Shown: in pieces, positions 27,259 to 37,953 of the stretch
Layout of the letters: each line of letters begins with the position of its first letter
Numbering within the stretch: the first letter of the stretch is position 1
Source: Porticoccaceae bacterium
Lineage (GTDB): Bacteria; Pseudomonadota; Gammaproteobacteria; Pseudomonadales; GM7GCV1
Length of the DNA stretch: 56,930 nt
Reading direction: 5' to 3'
Assembly (NCBI GenBank): GCA_018662305.1
Contig: JABJGI010000131.1
Coordinates: 1 to 56,930, forward strand
The notes under the pieces: generated by a model
Seen by the model: only the letters and a program-made list of their open reading frames with translations
The model's database searches: none
Told to the model about the DNA's origin: nothing
Translations under genes and position numbers: made by a program

Positions 27259-28503
27259 ATGAATAACGATCCAGTAGAAACCTATCTAGTCGGCGGCGCT
27301 GTGCGCGATGAACTGCTGGGTATTCCAGTGAAAGAGAAGGATTGGGTGGTGGTAGGTAGTACGCCAGAAGCTATGGTGGACAAAGGATTTCGTCCCGTTG
27401 GCCAATCTTTTCCGGTCTTTATTCATAGTCAAAGCGGCGAAGAATATGCACTGGCCCGCACGGAAAGAAAGACGGGCAGAGGCTATAAAGGCTTTAGTTT
27501 CTTCACCGACCCCAGTGTGACATTGGAGCAGGATCTTCTGCGCAGAGATCTCAGTATCAATGCTATTGCGATGAGAGATAACGGCGAACTGATTGACCCT
27601 CTGGGCGGCAGAGGGGATATTGAAAGACGAGTGCTGAGACATGTTTCTGATGCATTTTTGGAAGACCCTCTCCGAGTACTCCGCGTGGCTCGTTTTGTGG
27701 CTCAACTGGCAGAATTCGATTTTACTATTGCGTCTGAAACCTTGGAGCTGATGGAAAAAATGGTTGAGTCTGGCGAGCTCGAAGATTTGACCGCAGAACG
27801 TGTTTGGATTGAAACCGAAAAAGCATTGCAGACAGTTCGTCCGCGCCTTTACTTTGAGACCCTAAGAAAGATGGGTGCTTTAAAGGTTCTTTTTCCGGAA
27901 ATTGACCGCCTGTTTGGCGTCCCGCAGAACCCCAAATATCATCCGGAAATCGATACGGGACTGCATATCCTGTTGAGCCTGGATCAGATATGCGCAGAGT
28001 CAAATGTGCTTAGGCTTCGATTCTCTGTACTGGTTCATGATCTCGGAAAAGGCACCACGCCTAGAGACCAGTGGCCCAGCCACAATGGTCACGAAGAGCG
28101 AGGTGTGAAGCAGATTGAGAATCTGGCGAAGCGACTGCGAATACCGAATGATTGCCGAGATCTTGCCATCAAGGTTTCCCGCTGGCATTTGCACTGTCAC
28201 AGGGCCTTGGAGCTCAAAGCAGCCACTATAGAAAAGCTTTTTAGTGGATTAGATTTATGGAGAAACCCGCAATTGTTACCTGAGTTTTTATCCTGCTGCC
28301 AGGCGGATATCAGAGGCCGAACCGGTATGGAAAACAACGATTATCCTCAAGCCGCATATCTAACGGACTGTTTTCAGGCAGCCTTGACCGTTGATTCACA
28401 AAAAATACGGGAAGCCGGTTTTGAAGGTGAGGCAATTGGGAAAAAGATGCGCGAGGCACGGATAGCCGCTATACAAGATGCCAAAGAGCGTCGAGCCAGC
28501 TAG
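27259..28503 (+). CDS. cca: Multifunctional CCA-adding enzyme with HD domain
   Basis: VGGAVRD, DLLRRDLSINA, EDPLRVLR, HPEIDTG and HDLGK motifs. Confidence 0.97.
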   Translation: MNNDPVETYLVGGAVRDELLGIPVKEKDWVVVGSTPEAMVDKGFRPVGQSFPVFIHSQSGEEYALARTERKTGRGYKGFSFFTDPSVTLEQDLLRRDLSINAIAMRDNGELIDPLGGRGDIERRVLRHVSDAFLEDPLRVLRVARFVAQLAEFDFTIASETLELMEKMVESGELEDLTAERVWIETEKALQTVRPRLYFETLRKMGALKVLFPEIDRLFGVPQNPKYHPEIDTGLHILLSLDQICAESNVLRLRFSVLVHDLGKGTTPRDQWPSHNGHEERGVKQIENLAKRLRIPNDCRDLAIKVSRWHLHCHRALELKAATIEKLFSGLDLWRNPQLLPEFLSCCQADIRGRTGMENNDYPQAAYLTDCFQAALTVDSQKIREAGFEGEAIGKKMREARIAAIQDAKERRAS

Positions 28504-28516
28504 AAAGCTTTAGAGG

Positions 28517-29587
28517 CTAGCCTTGTTCAATGGTTTTGATTAATAACGACTCTTCAAAATCAGAAAATATTTCCGCATGGCCAATCTGTTTTAGCAGTAT
28601 CAGCCTGAGCTGACCCAGCTGCACCTTCTTATCGTGTGACATAAGGTCTCGTAATTTTGAGGGCTCTATGTCATCAGGCGCCTTGATAGGTAGATTTGCC
28701 GCTTGCAACAGGTTTTCAATTTGTTCGACTTCAGCTGAGTCCAACCATCCTAGGCTTTCGGACATGCGCGCAGCCATCGCCATACCGGCACCAACAGCCT
28801 CACCATGCAGCCAGTCTCTATAATTTTGCGCTGACTCAATTGCATGTCCAAAGGTATGCCCTAGATTGAGTAAGGCCCTCTGTCCCTGTTCTGTTTCGTC
28901 CGCAGCGACTATTTCCGCCTTGGTCTTGCAAGAAATTAGGATGGCTTCGACCATGGCTTCTGAATCGCGTGCCATTAGCCGATCAATGTTTGACTCGAGC
29001 CAATCGAAAAAGTCTCGATCGCGAATGAGTCCGTACTTAATTACCTCAGCCATACCTGCAGAAAACTCTCGGTCGGGCAAAGTGTCCAGTGTGCGGGGAT
29101 CAATAAGCACTGCTTTGGGTTGGTGAAAAGCACCAATCATGTTTTTGCCGAGAGGATGATTGACGGCCGTTTTTCCGCCGACAGATGAATCCACCTGAGC
29201 TAAGAGTGTGGTTGGAACTTGGATAAAATCGATGCCGCGCTGATAGGTCGCAGCGGCAAAACCAGCCATGTCACCTATAACACCACCACCTAAGGCGATG
29301 ACTACAGAAGAACGATCAAATTGGCCCGTCAAAAGCCGGTCATAAATTTTTTCCAGTGTGTCTAGGGTTTTGAAGCGTTCGCCATCTTCGAGAATGAGCT
29401 GCTCGGCATCTGCATCACCAAGAGATTGCAGAAGGGTTTCCATGTAAAGAGGTGCCAAGGTCTGATTAGAAATGACAAGAACTTTCTTGTTTCGAGTAAG
29501 GCTATGTAGGATCGGATCTGACCAGGACTGATCACCGATCAGTATCGGATAGGATCGTTCCGCTAGTTCCAGCTGGAGCTTCTTCAC
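28517..29587 (-). CDS. aroB: 3-dehydroquinate synthase
   Basis: GGGVIGD, PTTLLAQVDSSVGGK and NLGHTFGHA motifs. Confidence 0.98.
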   Translation of the reverse strand: MKKLQLELAERSYPILIGDQSWSDPILHSLTRNKKVLVISNQTLAPLYMETLLQSLGDADAEQLILEDGERFKTLDTLEKIYDRLLTGQFDRSSVVIALGGGVIGDMAGFAAATYQRGIDFIQVPTTLLAQVDSSVGGKTAVNHPLGKNMIGAFHQPKAVLIDPRTLDTLPDREFSAGMAEVIKYGLIRDRDFFDWLESNIDRLMARDSEAMVEAILISCKTKAEIVAADETEQGQRALLNLGHTFGHAIESAQNYRDWLHGEAVGAGMAMAARMSESLGWLDSAEVEQIENLLQAANLPIKAPDDIEPSKLRDLMSHDKKVQLGQLRLILLKQIGHAEIFSDFEESLLIKTIEQG

Positions 29588-29598
29588 TTAGAGATTCC

Positions 29599-30141
29599 TT
29601 AGAGTCCAAATACTTCGGGACAACGATTTTTTAGCTCTTCCATGACAGCTGCTGCCATGGAGTTTGGCGACTCCCTATCGGAAGACTTCAACACGATATC
29701 TGCGACATCGAGGTATAGTGGGCCGCGTTTATCCAGTATATCGGTTATAGCCCTTTGAGGGTTCTCCACCTGCAGCAGAGGTCGATTGGTATCGTGTTTA
29801 ACGCGTTGATAAATTTGTTCTGCCGTTGCGGACAGATAAACCACCACACCAGCTTTTCGCAGAATTTGGCGGTTTTTCTCGGAGATGACTGCACCGCCGC
29901 CCGTGGCCAACAATATTCCGGTCTGATTACAAAGTTCCGTAAGGATTTCGGTTTCTCTGGCGCGAAAACCGGCTTCCCCTTCAATATCGAAGATCCAGGG
30001 GATGTCGGCGCCACATCGAGCTTCTAGCTCATGATCGGAATCAATAAATTGCAGATCCAGGCGGCTGGCAAGGAGTTTACCGACAGAGGTCTTGCCGGCA
30101 CCCATGGGACCAACAAGGACCAGATTGGCCCTTGCTGTCAT
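29599..30141 (-). CDS. aroK: Shikimate kinase
   Basis: GPMGAGKT, GGG and RPLL motifs. Confidence 0.97.
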   Translation of the reverse strand: MTARANLVLVGPMGAGKTSVGKLLASRLDLQFIDSDHELEARCGADIPWIFDIEGEAGFRARETEILTELCNQTGILLATGGGAVISEKNRQILRKAGVVVYLSATAEQIYQRVKHDTNRPLLQVENPQRAITDILDKRGPLYLDVADIVLKSSDRESPNSMAAAVMEELKNRCPEVFGL

Positions 30142-32282
30142 TGAGTCGTGATATTGTCGTTTAAGATTTTAGGAGTAATGAACATCAGGATTTCGCGTTT
30201 TTCTTGGCTCGTTACTTCGCTTCTGAAAGCTTGGCCAAGGAACGGTAGGCTGCCTAAGACTGGGACACGAGTTTCTTCGTCGATGGATGTCATTTGGAAG
30301 ATTCCTCCCAACACCAGAGTTTCCCCGTTGTCGACCAAGACCTGAGTCTCGAGTGATGTCACATCAATTGTGGGCTCGCCTCCAAAGACGAGGTCACCGA
30401 TAGAGTCTTGCGAGATAATCAGATCCAGAATGACTCGATCATCGGGCGTAATTTGAGGTGTTACTTGCAGCGAAAGAACGGCCTCTTTGAACGAGGTCGT
30501 CGTTGCTCCACTAGCCGCCGCTTCTTGATAAGCCACTTCCTGACCCGAGCGAATAAGCGCTGTTTGTTTGTCGCCGGTAATCACTTTGGGCTGAGAAACG
30601 ATTTCGCCGTGTCCCTCACTCTCTAGCGCAGACAATTCTAGATCTACCCATGCCGAGTCACTTAGGAAAGCGACACCGAGACTGGCTGCTGGAGAGGCTA
30701 CACCTAGATCCACTGCTAATGCGTCTTCTAAAGTGAGGGTGTTCTCATTGTTGAAAAATCCGAGCGGCCCACCATCAGAAAATATCTCCCGAGAGCCACC
30801 AAATTGCAGCGCAGAGTCTCCCCCTTCCAAGGTACGAACTCCGGCATTACCCCAGCGAACGCCCAGTTCGTTGCGGAAATCGGTATTTGCGATAACTAAA
30901 CGAGCCTCAATAAGCACTTGTCGGATGGGTACGTCGATCTGCTCTACTAGCGCAAGAAAAGCACTAATCTTGGCGTCAGTGTCTGTCAATATGATGGTAT
31001 TGGTTCTGGCGTCCACAATAGCCGAGCCACGTTCAGATAGAGCGCTTGCCGTAGTGCCACTAGCCGTGCTTTCGGCATCAGCTGCAGCATCGGTTTCGGG
31101 TCCTATGAGCAATGACGCAATGGTGGTTGCATCAGCATATCGAATACGTACAAATTCAGTTCTCAGTGGTGCCAACTCCTCGAGTTGACGATTGGCTTGC
31201 ACTTCCAGTCGCTCTCGCTCAGCTATTTCAGCGATAGGGGCGACAAGCAGTACGTTGCCGTCCATGCGTTGATCCAGACCTTTCGCCTTGAGAATAATAT
31301 CCAGAGCCTGATCCCAAGGAACGTTTTCTAGTCTCAAAGTAATGCTGCCGTTGACCGTATCGCTGGCAACCAGATTTAAGCCGATTAAATCTGCAATAAG
31401 TTGCAGCACCGCTCTAACCTCGATGCTTTGAAAATTGAAAGAGAATGTCTCGCCGATAAATTGAGATTGCGCTAGCAGCTCTGCCTCTGCAACTGCAGAC
31501 AGCGGCTTCACACTTAATACAAAGGAGCTATCCGCTTGATAGGCCAGGTAGTCAAAACCGGCTAGGGTGGTGATACTTACCTGCACCTCGTTGTCGACCT
31601 GATCAACGGTAATGTCTCTGATGGGTGTCGCAAAATCTACAACATCAAATATGCGTTCATACTGAGTCGGTATATCAGTTCCGAAAAAGCGTAACAAAAT
31701 CTGGCTGCCGCTCTGTTCAACATCAGAACTAATTTGGTTGCCAGTAAATTCAAACTGGATATTACCCTCACCCTGTTCGCCGCGATTAAACTGAAAATCC
31801 GTAATGCGAGAGCTCGTGGTGCTGGAGAAATTGCTTGCTGGAGCTGCATTGACTGCAGATGGCATCGCTACGGGAGCAGAAGGCGCTCCCGCTGCACTTG
31901 AGCCAACTTGAAGAAAGATACGATTACCAGACTGTCGAGCCTCGTACTCCGCGGAGGTTCCAAGGTTGAGCACCAATCGAGTGCGATCGTTTGTACCCAA
32001 TAGCAACGCTTCGGAAGCATTAGCAAATGAGAGAGAAAATTCGCGTTCCACTACCTCATTTGTTACCTGAGGTAAGTCCAAGACAATACGCGCAGGCTCT
32101 TCGATCACATAAACCTGAGTCTCGATTTGTTCGAAGTCAGATAAAACGAGTTCGACCTCAAAGGCGTCCTGACCTAGGGCAGAAAAATTAATTGACTGCA
32201 CCGAAGTGGCTTGGACATGGCTTGCCATCAATAGCAGCACGAAGCTAATCGTCTGTTTCATGGAAATACCCTTAAAGTTCAT
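30138..32282 (-). CDS. pilQ: Type IV pilus secretin
   Basis: AMIN-like N-terminus; V.WDQALD; secretin core QVLIEAR...NGETLVLGG...VPVLG.LP. Confidence 0.95.
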   Translation of the reverse strand: MNFKGISMKQTISFVLLLMASHVQATSVQSINFSALGQDAFEVELVLSDFEQIETQVYVIEEPARIVLDLPQVTNEVVEREFSLSFANASEALLLGTNDRTRLVLNLGTSAEYEARQSGNRIFLQVGSSAAGAPSAPVAMPSAVNAAPASNFSSTTSSRITDFQFNRGEQGEGNIQFEFTGNQISSDVEQSGSQILLRFFGTDIPTQYERIFDVVDFATPIRDITVDQVDNEVQVSITTLAGFDYLAYQADSSFVLSVKPLSAVAEAELLAQSQFIGETFSFNFQSIEVRAVLQLIADLIGLNLVASDTVNGSITLRLENVPWDQALDIILKAKGLDQRMDGNVLLVAPIAEIAERERLEVQANRQLEELAPLRTEFVRIRYADATTIASLLIGPETDAAADAESTASGTTASALSERGSAIVDARTNTIILTDTDAKISAFLALVEQIDVPIRQVLIEARLVIANTDFRNELGVRWGNAGVRTLEGGDSALQFGGSREIFSDGGPLGFFNNENTLTLEDALAVDLGVASPAASLGVAFLSDSAWVDLELSALESEGHGEIVSQPKVITGDKQTALIRSGQEVAYQEAAASGATTTSFKEAVLSLQVTPQITPDDRVILDLIISQDSIGDLVFGGEPTIDVTSLETQVLVDNGETLVLGGIFQMTSIDEETRVPVLGSLPFLGQAFRSEVTSQEKREILMFITPKILNDNITTQ

Positions 32283-32296
32283 GGCTCAGTCCTGAA

Positions 32297-32815
32297 TTAA
32301 TTTTGTACTTTTACTGATCGAGGTCGCTCTATCCAGCCGCCCTGCCCGTCTGGAACAATCTCGATCACGCTTACTTCGGTGTCGTTAATACTAACAATCT
32401 TACCGTGGTTCTGCCCAAGGAAATTACCTGCTCGCACTCGATGAACCGTGCCGTTCGACTCGCTAATAAGTGCCCATGAAGTCCCATTCATCGCAATGCT
32501 GCCAACTACGCTGAGTTCGGCAAAATTAAAGCGTTCTAGATACTCTTGCGGTCGATTTGTATCTGGTGGGGCTGAAGGGGTTCCGGTTTCTTGGCGCGTC
32601 ACAACATTGCGCGGTATCTCGAAAGGTGCTCGCAAGCCGGCAGCAGAATATATGACTGACACGTAGGGCGGGGATGCAGGTAGAGGGTCGATGCGACCAC
32701 CGCGCTGTGCCTTTTCTTGCTCCATAAAGGAGTACAGATCTTCATTTGAGCTGGATTGGCAACCCATAATCAGTGCGGACAGAGAAAGCGTAATAAAGAG
32801 TTTAAAAGTCTTCAT
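32297..32815 (-). CDS. pilP: Type IV pilus lipoprotein PilP
   Basis: Lipobox LIMGC; G.FLGQNHG and GGWIER motifs. Confidence 0.93.
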   Translation of the reverse strand: MKTFKLFITLSLSALIMGCQSSSNEDLYSFMEQEKAQRGGRIDPLPASPPYVSVIYSAAGLRAPFEIPRNVVTRQETGTPSAPPDTNRPQEYLERFNFAELSVVGSIAMNGTSWALISESNGTVHRVRAGNFLGQNHGKIVSINDTEVSVIEIVPDGQGGWIERPRSVKVQN

Positions 32816-32825
32816 CGGCCTAAAC

Positions 32826-33437
32826 CTACTCTCCAGAGTCCCGATATCTGTATGTCTTAGCGTCGATGTTCATAGTCAACAACACTTCGTTATCTCCAGA
32901 TATTGAAAAGTCGTGTAGCGTGACGATTCTTGGTAAGCCCGCGACACCGCTTACAAAAGTTGCAAAGTCATGATAGCCGCCTGTGGCAACGATATTAATA
33001 GGTAGCTCGACGTAATAATCGTGAGCGATCTCTGGCTCGAGAATAATATTTTCAATAGTTAATCCGCTACCCAGACCGGTTTCAGTAACATCTTCCAGGA
33101 GGCCAGGCACCTCTGTGTCAGTAGGTAGTTGGCCGATCAAAGTCTCTAGGCGTAACTCCAACTCTTCAAGCTGAAGTCGATAAGCTTCGAGGTTTGCCGC
33201 CTGAAATGCTCGCTGAGAAAATTGTTCTCGCAGCTGAGTTTCCGAAGCAACGGCATTGGAAAAAGTGGTATTTAACGCATTTATACGAAAATACCAATAA
33301 CCACCTATAGCAAGAACAAGTGTCAAAATACAGGCCAAAATTCTAACAATGAGAGGCCAGCTGCCGACGTTGTCGAGACGAATCTCGGTGAAATCGATAT
33401 TCTGAAGTTCGTCTATTATTCCGCGAAAATCAATCAT
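32826..33437 (-). CDS. pilO: Type IV pilus assembly protein PilO
   Basis: G.WP, LPTDTEVPGLLEDV, YHDFATFVS and AKTYRY motifs. Confidence 0.94.
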   Translation of the reverse strand: MIDFRGIIDELQNIDFTEIRLDNVGSWPLIVRILACILTLVLAIGGYWYFRINALNTTFSNAVASETQLREQFSQRAFQAANLEAYRLQLEELELRLETLIGQLPTDTEVPGLLEDVTETGLGSGLTIENIILEPEIAHDYYVELPINIVATGGYHDFATFVSGVAGLPRIVTLHDFSISGDNEVLLTMNIDAKTYRYRDSGE

Positions 33438-33442
33438 GGCAG

Positions 33443-34012
33443 CTAGGCATCAGGGGAATCTTCCCCTTCCTCTTCGTTGTCTACCTGAATAACCATAGTG
33501 AAACTAGAACCCTGGTCACCAAGGGTTGGATCTGCATCTACGCGTGTGAGATTTGGAGCAGAGAATTTCTCTGAATTGTCAAGTTGGCGCATAAAGGCGG
33601 AAACGCGATTATTGGATTCTGCTTTACCTTCGAGAGAGAGGCTGTTCCCCACAACGGCGAGCTCTTCAATATAAGTTCCATCGGGAATTGAGCGAGCAAA
33701 TTCATCAAACAGCCGCACAATCTCTGGGCGGTTAGTTTGCAGGCCTTTTATAACTGCCATTCGATCAATCATATCGGCTTTGCTATCACGCAAGGCGCGA
33801 ATCTCGGCAACCTGGGTTTCAAGGTCATCGATTCCTGTTTGTAGAACCGAGTTTCTCGCTTCCTGAGCATTGATCTTACTGGAAATATTTACTTCCCATG
33901 CATAGCCGATCAGCAAGCCCAGTATGAAGACCCCCGAAACAACAACGGTAAACTGTCTTTTTCGTTCCTCTCGGAGCTCTTCGCGCCAGGGTAATAAATT
34001 AATATCCGGCAT
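33443..34012 (-). CDS. pilN: Type IV pilus assembly protein PilN
   Basis: INLLPWRE N-terminal motif, TM helix, coiled coil. Confidence 0.95.
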   Translation of the reverse strand: MPDINLLPWREELREERKRQFTVVVSGVFILGLLIGYAWEVNISSKINAQEARNSVLQTGIDDLETQVAEIRALRDSKADMIDRMAVIKGLQTNRPEIVRLFDEFARSIPDGTYIEELAVVGNSLSLEGKAESNNRVSAFMRQLDNSEKFSAPNLTRVDADPTLGDQGSSFTMVIQVDNEEEGEDSPDA

Positions 34013-35076
34013 TAGCTCACCCCTCTCATTGCTAGACCAGTAGCGATCAGCAAGCTGGGTGAGATTTTGCTGAGCTGTTTTTGATCAGTGCGCGCACCGC
34101 AAGGCATATGTTTAAAAGGATTTGCAGCGACAACGGGCAGCTCGATTTTAGATTCTGTCATCTCTACCAGCTCTGGGCTGCTGACGATACCGCCGGACAG
34201 AATCAGACAGTCTAAATTGGTATAGGAGGTCGACGAATAGAAGAACTGCAATGAACGAGATATTTGCTGTATCAGAGAATCGCGGAAGGGCGCCAAAACT
34301 TCCTGCTCGTAGTCGCCGGGCAAATCGCCCTCTCTTTCTGCTGCGATTGCCTCTTCCTCTGAAAGGCCATAGCGGCGCTGAATTTCTTCACTTAATTGTT
34401 TGGTACCGAAGGCTTCCTCCCGACTATAAACCGTGGATCCTCTGTCCAGTACGTTTATTCGTAGGTTGGTCGCACCGCAATCGACCACCGCAATCAAGCC
34501 GTCGTTGTCTTCTTCCAATTGGTCAGCTAATAACGGATAGACTCGCTCGAGACAAAAGGGCTCAACATCGACAATTTTTGATTCTAGGTCAGCCTGCTCG
34601 ACCATTTCCGTAAGGGCATCGATACCTTCCTTTCGGCAAGCAGCGAGTAATACTTTTACCTGCTCGGTTCCTTCCTCTCCCTCGGCAATGATAGTGAAAT
34701 CTACGGCGACTTCTTCCAGTGAGTAGGGGATGTACTGTTCAGCTTCCATAAGCAGCTGAGTTTCCAGCTCGTCTTCTGTAAGGTCTCCGGGCATATCCAA
34801 AACACGAGTAATTACTGCTGATCCTGGAACGGCTAGTGCAACATGCTTGGCTTTGGTTCGCATTAAGGCAACAGCTTTTCTCAGGGTTTGTGCGAGCGTA
34901 GGAATATCGGCAATTTTTCCTTCGACGATGGTATTCGAAGGGATAGGGAAGACCCCGGCATTTTGTACGGTGGTGGTGCGGCCTGAGCGAGAAAGCTCAA
35001 CAATTTTTAAACTCGTCGAGCCAATATCAATCCCCAATAGAGGCTCGCTTTTTTTTGCTAACAGAGGTATCTGCAT
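34012..35076 (-). CDS. pilM: Type IV pilus assembly protein PilM
   Basis: LGIDIGSTSLK, YIPY and ATGLAMR motifs; actin-like fold. Confidence 0.95.
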   Translation of the reverse strand: MQIPLLAKKSEPLLGIDIGSTSLKIVELSRSGRTTTVQNAGVFPIPSNTIVEGKIADIPTLAQTLRKAVALMRTKAKHVALAVPGSAVITRVLDMPGDLTEDELETQLLMEAEQYIPYSLEEVAVDFTIIAEGEEGTEQVKVLLAACRKEGIDALTEMVEQADLESKIVDVEPFCLERVYPLLADQLEEDNDGLIAVVDCGATNLRINVLDRGSTVYSREEAFGTKQLSEEIQRRYGLSEEEAIAAEREGDLPGDYEQEVLAPFRDSLIQQISRSLQFFYSSTSYTNLDCLILSGGIVSSPELVEMTESKIELPVVAANPFKHMPCGARTDQKQLSKISPSLLIATGLAMRGVS

Positions 35077-35191
35077 CAGTTTCTGCCCATTAGGCCATTA
35101 TTAAAGACCGGCGATTCAACGCCAACCTCTGGATACGTCCGATATAATGTAGGTCTAATTTTGCCATCTGGCGTCGGATCTCCCAAGTAAA

Positions 35192-37642
35192 TTGAAGATT
35201 TTCAACAAACAAATTTTCACCATCCTGCTGAAACTGGCAGCGACTGGAGTTGCAGGAGGCATTTTGATTGCCGCCGCTGCACTAATGTACTTGGTGCCTG
35301 GCCTTCCATCTGTCGATCAATTGCGAGATGTGCACTTGCAAACTCCACTTAAGGTCTACGCCAGCAATGGCGAGCTGATTGGCGAATTTGGTGAACAACG
35401 CCGATCTCCAGTCAGTTTTGAGCATATACCGGATCATTTCATCAACGCCATAATTTCCGCGGAAGATGACAACTTTTTTGCCCACGGTGGGGTGGATTTA
35501 ATGGGATTGTTGCGCGCTGCGTCACAAATTGTGACAACTGGCGGAATACAATCTGGCGGCAGTACTATAACCATGCAGGTTGCTCGTAACTTTTTCCTCA
35601 GCCTGGAGCAGACTTTTACTAGAAAATTCAATGAGATTCTGCTCGCTCTTGAGATAGAGCATGAACTATCTAAGGAAGAAATACTAGAGCTTTATGCGAA
35701 TAAGATCTATCTCGGGAAAAGTGCTTACGGAGTGCAGGCGGCAGCAAATGTTTATTACGGCAAAGATATTGGTGATTTAAGCCTGGCTCAGCTGGCCATG
35801 ATTGCGGGATTGCCCAAAGCACCAAGCTCGTCAAACCCCATCAATGACCCAGATCGCGCTGTTGAGCGCAGGGACTGGATTTTGGGACGGATGCTTCTTT
35901 TGGGACATATAGAGGAGCCCGAGTACGCGAGCGCGATTGCAGAACCGATTTCGGCTAGCTATCACGGATCTACCATTACACTAGACGCGCCTTATGTCGC
36001 TGAAATGGTCCGTGTGGAGATGTTGGATCGTTTTGGCACAGACGCTTACGAAGCGGGCTTTGAGGTCTATACGACCATAGATCCTGAGCTGCAGCGTGCG
36101 TCAGATGATTCTGTAAGTAAGGGAGCCTTCACTTACGATTTTCGCCATGGATATAGAGGGCCCGAGGGTAGATTTACTGAGGTCGAGATGGCTGATATGT
36201 ATTGGGTGCAGCAATATATCGACCAATTACCCGTGATTTCTGGACTCCTTCCTGCAGTAGTGACAGAGGTTGGCGAGAAGTCGGCATCGGTTCTGGGCCC
36301 CAATGGACTTGAGGTAGAGCTTGGGTGGGAGAATGAGCTGTCGAATTTCCGCCGCTATCGCACTGAAAGTTGGCAAAGTGAATACGGCGCCATCGATGAA
36401 ATGCTCCGCGTGGGAGATCTCGTGCGATTGCGTGAGACCAATGGCTATTGGGGCCTATCACAGGTTCCAGATGTGCAGGCGGGGCTGGTGGCTGTCGACC
36501 CGCAAAATGGTGCTATTCGAGCGCTAACGGGGGGTTTTGACTTCTATCAGAGCCGCTTTAACCGAATGGTAAATGCCAATCGTCAGCCCGGTTCGAACAT
36601 CAAGCCCTTTCTTTACGCTGCGGCGCTGGAAAACGGCTATACCGCGGCTACTTTGATTAATGATGCGCCCATTATTTTTCAGGACGCGGCACTGGAAGAT
36701 TATTGGCGCCCCGAGAATGACTCTGGTGTCTTTTATGGACCCACAAGATTAAGAAAAGCCCTTTACCTGTCTCGTAACCTCGTTTCCGTACGAATATTGC
36801 GGGGCTTGGGTATCGATGCGGCTCGCGAGAGCATTATTGGCTATGGCTTTGAGCAAGAAGACCTTCCCTATAACTTAACTTTGGCTCTAGGTAGCCAGGG
36901 GCTGGAGGCGGTGAAGCTCGCTAATGGATATTCTCTTTTTGCGAATGGCGGCTATCGAGTTGAGTCTCATCTCATATCAGAAATTCTTGATCGAGATGGT
37001 GAGGTTATTTATCAGGCGAACGCTCCAGTCGCGTGCTCATACTGTTTGATGACCACAGAAGACCAGCCCTCGCAGTCTGAGCTTGAACCATCAATTTTCG
37101 AGCAGCAATTCAGCTTTTACTCTGCAGAGCAGGAAAAACCGAAAATCGATATTGCTGAGCAGGTTATGGATCCGAGAGTTTCCTACATCATGGACTCGAT
37201 ACTGAGAGATGTGATTGTTCAGGGCACTGGTACGCGAGCTCAGGTGCTGGGTCGTCAGGATATCGCCGGTAAAACCGGCACTAGTAATGGACCAAGGGAT
37301 TCGTGGTTTTCAGGTTATAGCCCTGATCTGGTTGCAACATCCTGGGTGGGGTTTGATGACAATGGTTTACTCGGAGTAAATGAATTTGGTGGAACCGCGG
37401 CCTTGCCTATATGGATTGACTTTATGGATGTGGCGCTGGAGGATTTGCCCGAGAATCCCCGGCCTCAGCCGGAGGGCTTGGTGACTGTCCTAATTGATCC
37501 AGAGACCGGTGAAAGAGCTCCGCCCGGCGCAGAAGGTGCTATTTTTGAGTTGTTTCTGGCGGAGAGTGCACCCGAGCTTTTGACTCAGCAACAGCTAGAG
37601 CCCAGAGAAGAGGCCGGGAATATCACCGACTCTCTATTCTAG
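35192..37642 (+). CDS. ponA: Penicillin-binding protein 1A
   Basis: EDDNFF.H.G and GGSTITMQ transglycosylase motifs; SNIK, SRN and KTG transpeptidase motifs; divergent from pilM. Confidence 0.96.
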   Translation: MKIFNKQIFTILLKLAATGVAGGILIAAAALMYLVPGLPSVDQLRDVHLQTPLKVYASNGELIGEFGEQRRSPVSFEHIPDHFINAIISAEDDNFFAHGGVDLMGLLRAASQIVTTGGIQSGGSTITMQVARNFFLSLEQTFTRKFNEILLALEIEHELSKEEILELYANKIYLGKSAYGVQAAANVYYGKDIGDLSLAQLAMIAGLPKAPSSSNPINDPDRAVERRDWILGRMLLLGHIEEPEYASAIAEPISASYHGSTITLDAPYVAEMVRVEMLDRFGTDAYEAGFEVYTTIDPELQRASDDSVSKGAFTYDFRHGYRGPEGRFTEVEMADMYWVQQYIDQLPVISGLLPAVVTEVGEKSASVLGPNGLEVELGWENELSNFRRYRTESWQSEYGAIDEMLRVGDLVRLRETNGYWGLSQVPDVQAGLVAVDPQNGAIRALTGGFDFYQSRFNRMVNANRQPGSNIKPFLYAAALENGYTAATLINDAPIIFQDAALEDYWRPENDSGVFYGPTRLRKALYLSRNLVSVRILRGLGIDAARESIIGYGFEQEDLPYNLTLALGSQGLEAVKLANGYSLFANGGYRVESHLISEILDRDGEVIYQANAPVACSYCLMTTEDQPSQSELEPSIFEQQFSFYSAEQEKPKIDIAEQVMDPRVSYIMDSILRDVIVQGTGTRAQVLGRQDIAGKTGTSNGPRDSWFSGYSPDLVATSWVGFDDNGLLGVNEFGGTAALPIWIDFMDVALEDLPENPRPQPEGLVTVLIDPETGERAPPGAEGAIFELFLAESAPELLTQQQLEPREEAGNITDSLF

Positions 37643-37682
37643 GTGTACCTGAGTCCCGCAAAAGGGGGTAGAGGGATCAACC

Positions 37683-37705
37683 CGAGACCAAAATCTTTGG
37701 TCTCG
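37683..37705. terminator. Hairpin between convergent ponA and rpmE, possible terminator
   Basis: CGAGACCAAA-ATC-TTTGGTCTCG perfect 10-bp stem; no U tract on either side. Confidence 0.45.
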
Positions 37706-37714
37706 AAGCGCAGA

Positions 37715-37933
37715 TTAAGATTTGCTGCTGATGCGACCGCTAAAGCGCTTGTTAAACTTGTCAATACGCCCACCGGTATCCATAACTTTCTGTTTGCCGG
37801 TATAGAAGGGATGACAGGTCGAGCAAACATCAATGTGAATGTCTCCGCCGCGGGTAGACTTTGTCACAATAACGTTGCCACAGCTGCATGTGGCTTTCAG
37901 CTCTTCGTATTTTGGATGAATATCTGTTTGCAT
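37715..37933 (-). CDS. rpmE: 50S ribosomal protein L31, Zn-binding (C+) type
   Basis: IHPKY...CSCG...[12 protein letters not shown]. Confidence 0.98.
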   Translation of the reverse strand: MQTDIHPKYEELKATCSCGNVIVTKSTRGGDIHIDVCSTCHPFYTGKQKVMDTGGRIDKFNKRFSGRISSKS

Positions 37934-37953
37934 AATCTTCGCCTTAATGTTGT

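Noticed and set aside
37030-37046. CxxC (CSYC) inside PBP1A
   Set aside because: Similar Cys pairs occur in the transpeptidase insert of other gammaproteobacterial PBP1a proteins.
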